Positions 1 to 9,169 of a stretch of 59,489 nucleotides of DNA are shown here, in pieces. The position numbers and the translations under genes are program-made. The stretch's first letter is position 1, and the number at the start of each line of letters is the position of its first letter. This DNA comes from Candidatus Pacearchaeota archaeon (GTDB lineage: Archaea; Nanobdellota; Nanobdellia; Pacearchaeales; GW2011-AR1): the NCBI GenBank assembly GCA_018303825.1, contig JAGVXK010000019.1:1-59489 (forward strand). Reading direction: 5' to 3'. Under the pieces are notes generated by a model. That model was not told the origin of the DNA and made no database searches. It saw only the letters and a program-made list of their open reading frames with translations.

Positions 1-1
1 T

Positions 2-98
2 GCAACAAACTCTCCCTGAAAGTAATATTTTTTAGAATAAATAAGTACGCAATTCATCCGTTAGCTAAAGCTTAACGGATTTCTTGCTAACATTTAAA
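2..98 (-). mobile_element. Probable left end of an IS200/IS605-family element, copy 1, pointing out of the window
   Basis: Exact reverse complement of 59393-59489. Contains an imperfect hairpin ATCCGTTA-N9-TAACGGAT (56-80) in an AGCAAGAA...GGATGAATTGCGTAC context like IS200/IS605 left ends. The shared sequence begins at TTTAA. Confidence 0.6.
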
Positions 99-189
99 AC
101 AATATTTATAATTATGATTGAAGATTAAAGCCTTTAACTATAAAATTAATCAATCGAATAGTTTGTTTTTAATAATTATCTTTTATCAG

Positions 190-999
190 TCATAATGACA
201 CGGATTCTTTTGTTTTAGAAGCAAGGTAAAATATCTCATTCTTATGATTGATGATTTGGAAGTTATATCCCAGTCTTGAGAGAAGCCTTTCAATCCATCC
301 TCTTTGGGGATGGTTCATTGGCTTTCCTGAAAGTGTTTTGGTCGAAAAGCTTATTAGAAAATATTTGGCATTCACAGAATTTATTATACGCTCCGCTAAT
401 TTATGCCCTTGCTGCTCAACCACATCAAAGACTTTCATTATTAAACAAAGGTCTACTTTTGGCAGTTTTTGGTCTTTTTTTCTCAAATCATAGAAAAATA
501 CTTTTCCAGAAATATTTTCTTTTTTGAAAAATTCCTTGACTATTTTCAAATCATTATTATTTATATCGCAGGGGTAATACTCTATTCTTGGATTCTCAAA
601 TGCTATGGCAATCGGATTCAACCCACATCCTAAATCCAGTATTGATTTGATTCTCAAATTCTTTATTAAATTATTCAAAGTTGGATAAAAATCTAGCCTT
701 TCTCTTGTTGATGAATGCGTTTTAATCAATTCTTGAATTTTATTTTCTTTCAAGAGTGAAAGCCTTTCTTCAAAAGAAGAGGTAAATCTTCCGGAAAATT
801 TTCTCAGTTCTGCTCTTGATTTTTTAATCAAATCTTTTATTTCAGCTTTTTTCGCTGTTTGCAAATTAACCTTGCTTTGTGAAACTGCCTTTTCCAAAAC
901 TTCTAGGATGACAGAATCATCTAGACCTGAAAGTTCTTTTTTTTCTTTTATTTTCTGAATAAGCGTTTCTTTGTTCATTTTGTAATGATAAGAAGACAA
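190..999 (-). CDS. FmrO/ArmA/RmtB-like rRNA methyltransferase (16S m7G1405 family)
   Basis: HSSTRERL motif, SAM-binding LDLGCGLNP, downstream CDIN and DLCLIMK...FSTKTLSGK, all typical of the FmrO family. Confidence 0.7.
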   Translation of the reverse strand: MSSYHYKMNKETLIQKIKEKKELSGLDDSVILEVLEKAVSQSKVNLQTAKKAEIKDLIKKSRAELRKFSGRFTSSFEERLSLLKENKIQELIKTHSSTRERLDFYPTLNNLIKNLRIKSILDLGCGLNPIAIAFENPRIEYYPCDINNNDLKIVKEFFKKENISGKVFFYDLRKKDQKLPKVDLCLIMKVFDVVEQQGHKLAERIINSVNAKYFLISFSTKTLSGKPMNHPQRGWIERLLSRLGYNFQIINHKNEIFYLASKTKESVSL

Positions 1000-1030
1000 C
1001 TTATATAAACACTTTTATTTATATCTAGAC

Positions 1031-1732
1031 ATGGAAAAGAGGGGGGTCAGCCATATAGAGGTCATATTAGCTTTTGTATTATTTATGGGATTCGTTGGTT
1101 TTGCAATATATTTTTTTAATCCTCTAAAAAATCCAATTGTGGGAGAAACATTTTCAAAATCTGCCTTTAATGAAATTATCAAAAATTCAAGCACAGAAGT
1201 TGTCAGCTATTCTATAAAAATCCTCTCGGATCCCCTGCCTAATATAGTTGCAATCAATATTAGTGATTTAGGTCCAGGCATGAATGCTCTTGCTGAAAAT
1301 TATGACGGAAATAGGCTGAATGCTGAAATTGAAAATAGATTGGTTTATGTTCAAATAAATGGCAATAATTTTATCGTAATAAAATTTAACGCAGAATTTG
1401 TGCCACAAACTATTTCAGAACATCCTTTATTAGATGAATCTTTTTATGACATTGCCTCTGTAAATTCAGAAAGATTGGTCTCTAAGGCAAAAATTTTGCA
1501 GATGAATAAAAGCTATTATTCTGACGCAGGCTATGATTCTTTAAAAAATTCTTTAAAAATTCAGAAAGAAAAAAGTTTTGGCTTTCGAATGATATTTGAT
1601 GAGAGTTATAGCATAAATGCGGAAATTGCAGATTTCAGCAAATCAGAAGTTTTTGCATATGAAGAAAAAGTCAAGGTTTTAGCGCAAAACGGAGAAATCA
1701 AATTTGCTAATTTAATAGTAAAAACATGGTAA
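1031..1732 (+). CDS. Type IV pilin-like protein with class III signal peptide
   Basis: MEKRG|VSHIE followed by a hydrophobic helix, with Glu at +5. Confidence 0.65.
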   Translation: MEKRGVSHIEVILAFVLFMGFVGFAIYFFNPLKNPIVGETFSKSAFNEIIKNSSTEVVSYSIKILSDPLPNIVAINISDLGPGMNALAENYDGNRLNAEIENRLVYVQINGNNFIVIKFNAEFVPQTISEHPLLDESFYDIASVNSERLVSKAKILQMNKSYYSDAGYDSLKNSLKIQKEKSFGFRMIFDESYSINAEIADFSKSEVFAYEEKVKVLAQNGEIKFANLIVKTW

Positions 1733-2151
1733 ATAAAAAAGGATGGATAAGAATTCTTGAGGCGAGCATTGCAATCATAATAATATTTGGGGTTTTGGCA
1801 TTTATGGTTCAGGAGAAAAAAATCAACAATGGCAAGGATTTGTCACAAGAACTACCGACATTGCTTGATGAAATTGCCAACAACAATATCCTGAGGGAAA
1901 AAATAGTGACCACTGCTGATGTTGCGGGTGTGGAAGCTGAAATAGAAGATTTTCTGGCGACTAAATTAACCAATCCAAATATTAAGTATAAAGTTAAGAT
2001 ATGCGAAATGGATAATACTCCCTGCCCTTTGGTCCCTTATCCAACAACAATTGATAACGAAGTTTACACAAAAGAAAGGACAATCAGCTCTGTCCTGACA
2101 AAAATAGCCCCAAGAAGAGTCAAGATATTTATGTGGCAGGAAACCAGCTAA
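1726..2151 (+). CDS. Pilin-like protein with class III signal peptide
   Basis: MVNKKG|WIRILE plus hydrophobic helix. Overlaps the previous gene by 7 nt. Confidence 0.6.
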   Translation: MVNKKGWIRILEASIAIIIIFGVLAFMVQEKKINNGKDLSQELPTLLDEIANNNILREKIVTTADVAGVEAEIEDFLATKLTNPNIKYKVKICEMDNTPCPLVPYPTTIDNEVYTKERTISSVLTKIAPRRVKIFMWQETS

Positions 2152-2344
2152 ATTCTCGCAAATGGGCATTAAAACCGCATAAGTCCTCTATAATTTTATG
2201 ATGCAATAGATTAAATGTTAAGTAAACCTTGTATCTTAACATTTTATTGAAGAGATTTAGGGGGACAAATCACATAATTATGTATAAAAATAATGAATTT
2301 TTCCATTAAACTGAACTTACTGAAGGAGAATATAACTGTCAACC

Positions 2345-2372
2345 ATGTTAAGTTTGATAATTGACTTAACAT
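2345..2372. promoter_or_regulatory. Inverted repeat, candidate operator
   Basis: ATGTTAAGT-N10-ACTTAACAT, about 10 bp upstream of the TATA-like TTTATAAA preceding the 2412 gene. Confidence 0.35.
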
Positions 2373-2411
2373 TAAACTAAGATTTATAAAGTCCTTCTCT
2401 CTTTTAAAATA

Positions 2412-4676
2412 ATGAAAAAAGCGGTTCTAGTTGCAGGCATTTTTGCTGTAGTTGTTCTCTCGATTATACTCGTTTCAGCGTTCAATTTTAACGGCTTTTT
2501 TGGAAAAATTAACGGAAAGTCCTTCACTGGAAGAGTCATTGATTCTGGAAGCTGTCTTCCTGACCAGACAATCTTTAAAATTTCAGACATAACGAATGCG
2601 CATGGTGAATTATGGAACGGAGTAAATTACAACAAAGCAATATGCTACACGGAGTTTTGGGTAACTTATTCGGGAGCAAGCCCACATTTATGCACTAGCA
2701 CTAACACGGTTCTTAAACTGTCAGGAGATACAAATGCTCATGGAGAAATTAATACATTAAATAATTATAATTATAATGTTTGCTATGGAGATTTATCCTG
2801 CACGAACAGGGCTGTTTGCAATTCTGATGAAAAAAATATAATAAATCTTTCCTCAAATACAAATGCTCATTTTGGGGCTGATGCAAGTTATCCAACTTTG
2901 GTTTGCTGCAAGCAAGCACCAATTGTTCCTGCTGGATGTCCTTCCGGAATATGCCGAGTTTACTGGTCTGACAGGTCTGACGGCTCTGCTATAATCCGAA
3001 ACACAAACGTCAACATACCTGTGTGGCTGGTTGCATTAACGGGGCCAGAAATAACTAATGTCAATTTCTCAATATATGAAGAGGATGGATTTACTGATGA
3101 CAAGGTAAGAGTTGGAGCAAATGCACTGCAAATTCCTGCCTCAAATGGAAAAGCAATAGCAAGGTGGGATATTACAAATGAAGATATGCGGGCGGGAGGA
3201 GAGTGCATTCCTTTCACGAATGTTTGTCTTGAGCCTAATCCTTGGGAGTTTTACTTCAGCGCGAATTATACCTCTCTTAACAATGTAAGCGATTTGCTTT
3301 TTGTTGATAAAATCCCTAGTGGGAATGTTCCTCCAATTGCGCAAATAATTTCTCCAAATGACGGAGACATAAACTTTACAGCAGAAGAAGTATTCTTTAA
3401 TCATAATAGCTATGACCCTGATGGAGGAATAGTCGGCGCTTCTTGGAATGTAAGTGATGGTAATTTAATTACGCAGGATTCATTCACTCATGCATATTTC
3501 CAGGGAGGAACAAAGGAAATAACACTAACTATAACTGATAACGAGGGAGATAGTGCAACAGACAGGGTAACAATTACCATAATAAGAGAGGGGGTAAATG
3601 TTGTGCCTATCATCAGTGCCCCGATAGATGGGCAGATGTATACTGATTTGGAGATTTCTTATGATGGAAGCAATAGTTATGTGTTTAATGACACAAGAAA
3701 CAGCCTTGTGCATACTTTAATCTGCTTCGGAGGAAATTGCCCTGACATGATAAGAAATATACCTATTTTAGATACGTTAAACAAAAAAGGAGTTTTTGAT
3801 GAAATGTTCTATAATTGGACTTTTGGCGTAGGCATTCCAAATGTACAGGGATATGCAAGAAAAAATGGAAAAGTAAATTATACTTTGCCTGGAGACCAGC
3901 AAATAGCCTTATTAGTGAAGGCATTTGGAGAAGAAGGAACCGATAAAGTATCGTTCAGAATTGGAGGAAGCCAGTTTGCGCAATGCAGCAATGACAGAAC
4001 CAAATACTTTGATGGAAATCGATGGCTAAATACTACTGGAACAAGCGCAGCGACGTGTGATGCTCTTCCTACTGATGAATATCCTGCAGGATGCTGCCCA
4101 GTATATTATACTTGTGATTTTACAAGCCATTACTGCACAAACCAGTGCAATACCTTGACTTTAAATAATTCACAGATAAGAAATTGCGGAGATTACAACA
4201 ATGTTCCGGGAAATAAACAAGCTCAATGTGTCGCGGATTGTAATTTCGCAAAGGAAAATGACAAGATAATTGTTGAGAGCAATCTGCCGTCAAACCAGCA
4301 CATATTTGATAATCAATACGGGTGTGTATGGGATGAAACAGGCTCATCATGCGGATTCTGGTATAATTTCACTACAGACAATAGTGATGGAAGCAGAACA
4401 TGGATTACACGTTTCTCGAATTATACTGAAACAGGATGCTTAGAAGGACTGAATACTATGAACTGGTGTGATTATGAATTTGTTAATACCTTGACAGGAG
4501 GAATAGTTAGAACAACCGGAGGATGCATAGATCCAAGAGTCATAAGTGCTGACTGCGAGGAAGGAACAATAACTCTTCCATTCTTCGGCATGCTTCAATT
4601 GATTGCATCTGCAATAAGCATAATAATTGTCTATGCAATTTATATTAACTTTAAAAAAAGAAAAAATGGAGAATAA
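2412..4676 (+). CDS. Cys-rich PKD-domain surface protein with C-terminal membrane anchor
   Basis: N-terminal signal helix, three S-x-x-TNAH repeats, PKD-like SYDPDGGIVGASW...HAY...ITLTITD, and C-terminal LPFFG + TM + KKRK. Confidence 0.7.
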   Translation: MKKAVLVAGIFAVVVLSIILVSAFNFNGFFGKINGKSFTGRVIDSGSCLPDQTIFKISDITNAHGELWNGVNYNKAICYTEFWVTYSGASPHLCTSTNTVLKLSGDTNAHGEINTLNNYNYNVCYGDLSCTNRAVCNSDEKNIINLSSNTNAHFGADASYPTLVCCKQAPIVPAGCPSGICRVYWSDRSDGSAIIRNTNVNIPVWLVALTGPEITNVNFSIYEEDGFTDDKVRVGANALQIPASNGKAIARWDITNEDMRAGGECIPFTNVCLEPNPWEFYFSANYTSLNNVSDLLFVDKIPSGNVPPIAQIISPNDGDINFTAEEVFFNHNSYDPDGGIVGASWNVSDGNLITQDSFTHAYFQGGTKEITLTITDNEGDSATDRVTITIIREGVNVVPIISAPIDGQMYTDLEISYDGSNSYVFNDTRNSLVHTLICFGGNCPDMIRNIPILDTLNKKGVFDEMFYNWTFGVGIPNVQGYARKNGKVNYTLPGDQQIALLVKAFGEEGTDKVSFRIGGSQFAQCSNDRTKYFDGNRWLNTTGTSAATCDALPTDEYPAGCCPVYYTCDFTSHYCTNQCNTLTLNNSQIRNCGDYNNVPGNKQAQCVADCNFAKENDKIIVESNLPSNQHIFDNQYGCVWDETGSSCGFWYNFTTDNSDGSRTWITRFSNYTETGCLEGLNTMNWCDYEFVNTLTGGIVRTTGGCIDPRVISADCEEGTITLPFFGMLQLIASAISIIIVYAIYINFKKRKNGE

Positions 4677-7317
4677 AAAAGAGCTACTTTTGACTGCAGT
4701 TGTGGCAGTTATTCTTATTTTAGGAATGACAAGCTTAGCTTCTGCTGGTTTTAATCTTGGAAATGCAAGCATTTCGAGCCAATATATCGGAGGAGATACT
4801 CTTATTGGATGGATAAACATAAGCTTTTCCAATCAGACAAATTCGAATTTTACTTCCAATTTTGATGGTTCGATTTCCTTGTTAGATTTAATGAATAAGA
4901 GCGGTTACAGACAAGGCAATGGTTATACTTGCAGTCCAAGTACATGTGTAAATGACTACAATTTTTTCAATTCTGCCACTTCCAAAAATATAGCTCTTAG
5001 TGGGAAAAAAATTTATGGATTTGCCTTTTTAGGGGTTAAGAATCTGGAAATTCAAGATTTCGAATTCCACCTTTCCAGCGATGCCAACTCTTCCTGCGCG
5101 AATCAATTATTCTTAGATTTATTAAATGATGGAAGTTATGATTTTTTTAATAGTGAATATGAAGATACTGCTTGTGCGGCTAAAAGTTATGGATGTTATG
5201 ATGATAGTTCAACTGGAATCGTATCAATCTCTGTTGGAACAAGCAAGCTGTGTGAAAAAATATCAATGGCTCCTGCTCCGGCCTACAAAATTGGAGCATC
5301 TTTGAATAACAGCGCCATAAATAAGAATGGATTGCATATGGAACTTTACAATATTAATGCTAGCGATATCAGCCCAGTTGCAACATGTGATATTCCGAAT
5401 AACACGCAAAATGTTCAAGACTTGGATTGTATTGCAAAATATGCCTCTCAAAATAGATTTGATGCTCTTGTCTGCTTGTATGGAGATTATCTGACAAACT
5501 TCACAATAAAAAGCGAGACAACAGATACTTGCGGAAAAATAGATGCAGGACAAGGAGATTATGTAAGAGACTACAAAATTTATCAAACTCAGTTGAAATT
5601 TGCTACAATTAATAAAGAGTTTAATTCAAGTTTATTTGCAAAATTGAATAATGATGCAAGTTTGATTGATTTAATCAGAGCATATGCAGACAGCAAATAT
5701 GGCAACAATTGTGTTGGGGGCTGTGTTATTCCATTTTCTCTTTCCGGATTAAACCAAAATATAATCATAGACAATGTAGATATAAGATACTTAGCTGATG
5801 GAATTCCCCCCGAGACTCCAGTTTCTAACAATTATGTTTACGATATTGTGGTTTCGAATTTTAAAGTTAGTTCTGGTTTCGTAAAATTAATTTTGAATAA
5901 TATGAATATTTTGGTGCCGAATGTTAATGGAAACAGGCTTTTCTCGCTGAGCTTTAACGGGGTTGGTATTTTGGACAAAACCATAAATATAACTCTTGGC
6001 TTAACATTTGATATTTCTCCAAAATTTGTAACTATTGGAAAGAATACTTTGTTTACTGCAAATGTTTCTGGTAATGTTACCTCCACATGGGATTTCGGCG
6101 ATGGAAGTGACTCGGTAAGTTCAAATGATAACAAAGCAAGTCACGCTTACATGAATAGCGGAACATATGATGTTAGTGTAGTAATAAAGAAAGGCACAAC
6201 TACTACAACAAAAACATTTAAAGTAACAACTGGAAATGTAAAAGAAGCTGCAAATTCAACCTTAACCAGCTATGAGAAAAGAATCATAAATTTAACAAAC
6301 AGCATAAAGAGCTACCCTGATTGGATAAGAAGTGACTTAATTAAAGAAATAAATACGAGTGAAATCAATGCAAGTCTTGTTGGAATAAGAACAAGATTCA
6401 ATAATGCCGTTAACGATAGCCAGTATGAAGAGTTATTGGGCGATTTGCTTGATTTGAATGTCCCTATTACGATATCTAAGAGCGACACCGGAAGCAATCT
6501 TCCATTACTTGTAGGATACTCAAATATTGACACCAAATTTATAGAAGAGATATCAAATGCAAGTTTGACAGATGATGCAAAGAATAGCCTTAGGAGCAGC
6601 ATAAGCACCTGGATGCAGGCAAACTATGATTCAAGGATAAGCTATGACGTTATCTCAAAACAGTTTGATTCTGGACCAGAGCCAATATTGACGAAATTTA
6701 AAATTTCCTTGAGCGGAAAGAAAGATAATCCTGAGCAGGCTTATCTTATAATAAATTACCCAAGAGAAGGAATCAAATTTGCCGAAAATTATGATGCAAG
6801 GAACTTAGATGATGGAAGTGCCACATATATTGAGGTCAGTGGAGGAAAATCATTTGAATTTACGATAAAGAGCGATGTAAAGGCAGATGAGCTCGGGGCT
6901 TATCTGTCTCCTGTTGTAAGCAAGCTTGGAACATTTGAAGAGATAGGGCAGGCAGAAAAGCCAAAATTCAGATGGGGCTTACTGCTTTTAGGCCTGGGGA
7001 TAGTGATCACTGCGACAGCCATAGTATTCATATTAATGAGAAGATGGTACCAAAATAATTACGAAAACCGCTTGTTCAGGACAAGAAATGATGTGTATAA
7101 TCTGGTTAATTTCATTTACAACTCAAGACTGGCAGGATTAAAGGATGAGGATATAAGGAAGAAACTGAAGGAATCGGGCTGGACGGGAGAGCAAATTAGC
7201 TATGCCTTCAAGAAAATAGACGGAAAAAGCAAATGGTTGTTTGAGAAAAGAAAAGTGAAAAAAGAATTGGAAAAAAGACATCCTGAAGGAATAGACACAA
7301 GATTTATTAATCATTAA
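4666..7317 (+). CDS. Large PKD-domain membrane-anchored surface protein with cytoplasmic tail
   Basis: Signal peptide from MENKKELLL (ATG 4666), PKD signature TWDFGDG...HAY...G.Y.V, TM helix near the C-terminus, then a basic cytoplasmic domain. Confidence 0.75.
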   Translation: MENKKELLLTAVVAVILILGMTSLASAGFNLGNASISSQYIGGDTLIGWINISFSNQTNSNFTSNFDGSISLLDLMNKSGYRQGNGYTCSPSTCVNDYNFFNSATSKNIALSGKKIYGFAFLGVKNLEIQDFEFHLSSDANSSCANQLFLDLLNDGSYDFFNSEYEDTACAAKSYGCYDDSSTGIVSISVGTSKLCEKISMAPAPAYKIGASLNNSAINKNGLHMELYNINASDISPVATCDIPNNTQNVQDLDCIAKYASQNRFDALVCLYGDYLTNFTIKSETTDTCGKIDAGQGDYVRDYKIYQTQLKFATINKEFNSSLFAKLNNDASLIDLIRAYADSKYGNNCVGGCVIPFSLSGLNQNIIIDNVDIRYLADGIPPETPVSNNYVYDIVVSNFKVSSGFVKLILNNMNILVPNVNGNRLFSLSFNGVGILDKTINITLGLTFDISPKFVTIGKNTLFTANVSGNVTSTWDFGDGSDSVSSNDNKASHAYMNSGTYDVSVVIKKGTTTTTKTFKVTTGNVKEAANSTLTSYEKRIINLTNSIKSYPDWIRSDLIKEINTSEINASLVGIRTRFNNAVNDSQYEELLGDLLDLNVPITISKSDTGSNLPLLVGYSNIDTKFIEEISNASLTDDAKNSLRSSISTWMQANYDSRISYDVISKQFDSGPEPILTKFKISLSGKKDNPEQAYLIINYPREGIKFAENYDARNLDDGSATYIEVSGGKSFEFTIKSDVKADELGAYLSPVVSKLGTFEEIGQAEKPKFRWGLLLLGLGIVITATAIVFILMRRWYQNNYENRLFRTRNDVYNLVNFIYNSRLAGLKDEDIRKKLKESGWTGEQISYAFKKIDGKSKWLFEKRKVKKELEKRHPEGIDTRFINH

Positions 7318-7431
7318 AATCTGAAAAAGAATATGGCAAATAAATTAGAAGAGGAGAATAGCGTTTATCGGGGAGATTATGATAGTTATATTTGGAAAAG
7401 ATGATAATTATATTTAAAAAATATAAGAAAA

Positions 7432-8091
7432 GTGAAGTTCATAAATGAAAAGATGATAAGAATACTTAAAAATTTTTCAAAGAGAATATTGGCAGCGCTT
7501 TTTAGAAGAAAGAGGGAGATAAAGATAGGGTTCTATGGGCCGCCGAATGCAGGAAAAACCTCGTTAGCGAATAGAATATGCAAGGACTGGACTGGAGAGG
7601 AAATAGGAGTTGTCAGCAAAATTCCTCACGAGACAAGACATGTGCAGTTCAAGGAAAAAGTAGAAATAAAGCACAAAGGCAGGAAACTTACCTTTAAGAT
7701 TGTTGACACTCCGGGGATTGCCACGAAAATAGATTATGAAGATTTCATGCATTACGGAATGAAGAAAAAAGATTCAAAAAAAAGGGCTAAAGAGGCAACA
7801 CAAGGAATCATAGAATCTATTCAATGGCTTGATGACATGGATGCAATTGTTGTTGTTCTTGATGCTACTGAAAATCCATATTCACAGGTGAACATAACAA
7901 TAATAGGAAATATAGTGGCAAGAAAAATACCTGTTCTTCTTGTGGCGAATAAAATTGACTTGAAAAATGCTAATGTGAAGAAATTCGAGTCAACTTTCCC
8001 AGAATATGAATTAGTTGGAATAAGCGCGAAAGAAGGAACAAACATGGATGAATTTTATGAAGCCTTATTCAGGCTCTCAAAAAAGGTCTAA
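7432..8091 (+). CDS. arvA: Small GTPase ArvA/OapA
   Basis: G1 GPPNAGKT, G3 DTPG, G4 NKID, G5 SAK. First gene of the GTPase-DUF2073-Zn-ribbon triplet. Confidence 0.8.
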   Translation: MKFINEKMIRILKNFSKRILAALFRRKREIKIGFYGPPNAGKTSLANRICKDWTGEEIGVVSKIPHETRHVQFKEKVEIKHKGRKLTFKIVDTPGIATKIDYEDFMHYGMKKKDSKKRAKEATQGIIESIQWLDDMDAIVVVLDATENPYSQVNITIIGNIVARKIPVLLVANKIDLKNANVKKFESTFPEYELVGISAKEGTNMDEFYEALFRLSKKV

Positions 8092-8111
8092 AATAAATAT
8101 AAAAAAGAAAG

Positions 8112-8504
8112 ATGAAAATAAAAAAACTAAGAAAAGAGTTGAGCTTGCAGGTAATTCCGTTTTCGGAGATACAAAATTTAACAATATCGGAGAGGGTGAA
8201 GAAAATCCTTAATTTGGTTCTTGGAAACAAAATAGTCATCCTGCATGGAAGACTAAGGCCCGAGGAAGAAGCAAGATTAATAGAAGACACAATGGCATTG
8301 GTAGATCATGTCAAAAACTTCAAGGGAATTGAGCTTGCAGTCATAGAGCCCAATGTAAAAAATGAGGGCTTTCTTACTAAAGCAAAATATGGCATTGCAA
8401 AAAGGCTTGTGGGAGACACAAATGCCCTTACCTTAATAGGTCCAGCATCCATAATCAGGGAAATTAAGAAAGACCCAAAGAAGATAGAATTGCTGCTGAA
8501 ATAA
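8112..8504 (+). CDS. arvB: DUF2073-family protein ArvB/OapB
   Basis: GxLxPEEEARLIEDTM and TLIGPA motifs, plus position after the GTPase. Confidence 0.8.
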   Translation: MKIKKLRKELSLQVIPFSEIQNLTISERVKKILNLVLGNKIVILHGRLRPEEEARLIEDTMALVDHVKNFKGIELAVIEPNVKNEGFLTKAKYGIAKRLVGDTNALTLIGPASIIREIKKDPKKIELLLK

Positions 8505-8736
8505 GCTAGCATTCAATCTTGAAACTATTAAATAAACTTGGTTAAAGATAATATTGGTAAACTACCAATAGTGAACAGAAGGCATCAAAGGACAAAACCA
8601 TTATCTTCACGATTACTAACTATCCTTGAATATCGGCTAATTACTTTTATACTCATTTTAATTGTTAAATAGCAATTAATATTTATCTTTGATGATCTAA
8701 CTAAATATTTATTAACCCCTGTCCTGTTTTATAAAT

Positions 8737-9126
8737 ATGCCATACAAATGCGTTCATTGCTCTGAAATATATGATGATGGGAGCAAGGAAGTTCTTGAAG
8801 GCTGCGGGAAATGCAAAAGCAAATTCTTCTTTTACATCAAACAAGAGAAGTTAAAAGAAATACTTGAGAACAAAGAAATTCCTGCCTTATCAACAGCAGA
8901 GAAAAAGCAGATGGAAAAAGATGTCAGAGATATTGTGGGGGCAAAAAATGATGAAAACCCCATATTCCTTGATTTTGAAAGCATAAAAGTCCTTAAGCCG
9001 GGAAAATACCTTCTTGATTTAGGAAAGTTATTTGAAATGAACAAGCCAAGAGTATATCAATTAGAAGACGGGAAATATATAGTTGACTTCACTTCTCAAA
9101 GAATAAATATGGGCAAAGAAGAATAG
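8737..9126 (+). CDS. arvC: Zn-ribbon protein ArvC/OapC (DUF2072-like)
   Basis: MPYKCVHC...GCGKC...FFFY and ESIKVLKPGKYLLDL...DGKY. Confidence 0.8.
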   Translation: MPYKCVHCSEIYDDGSKEVLEGCGKCKSKFFFYIKQEKLKEILENKEIPALSTAEKKQMEKDVRDIVGAKNDENPIFLDFESIKVLKPGKYLLDLGKLFEMNKPRVYQLEDGKYIVDFTSQRINMGKEE

Positions 9127-9169
9127 ATTAAATAGTGCAATTTAAAAACATCTCCTTGTTTGTTATTTA

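Noticed and set aside
900-960. Homopolymer runs as phase-variation switches (e.g. T8 in the methyltransferase gene)
   Set aside because: A/T runs are ubiquitous in this Lys-rich, AT-rich genome and these frames are intact.
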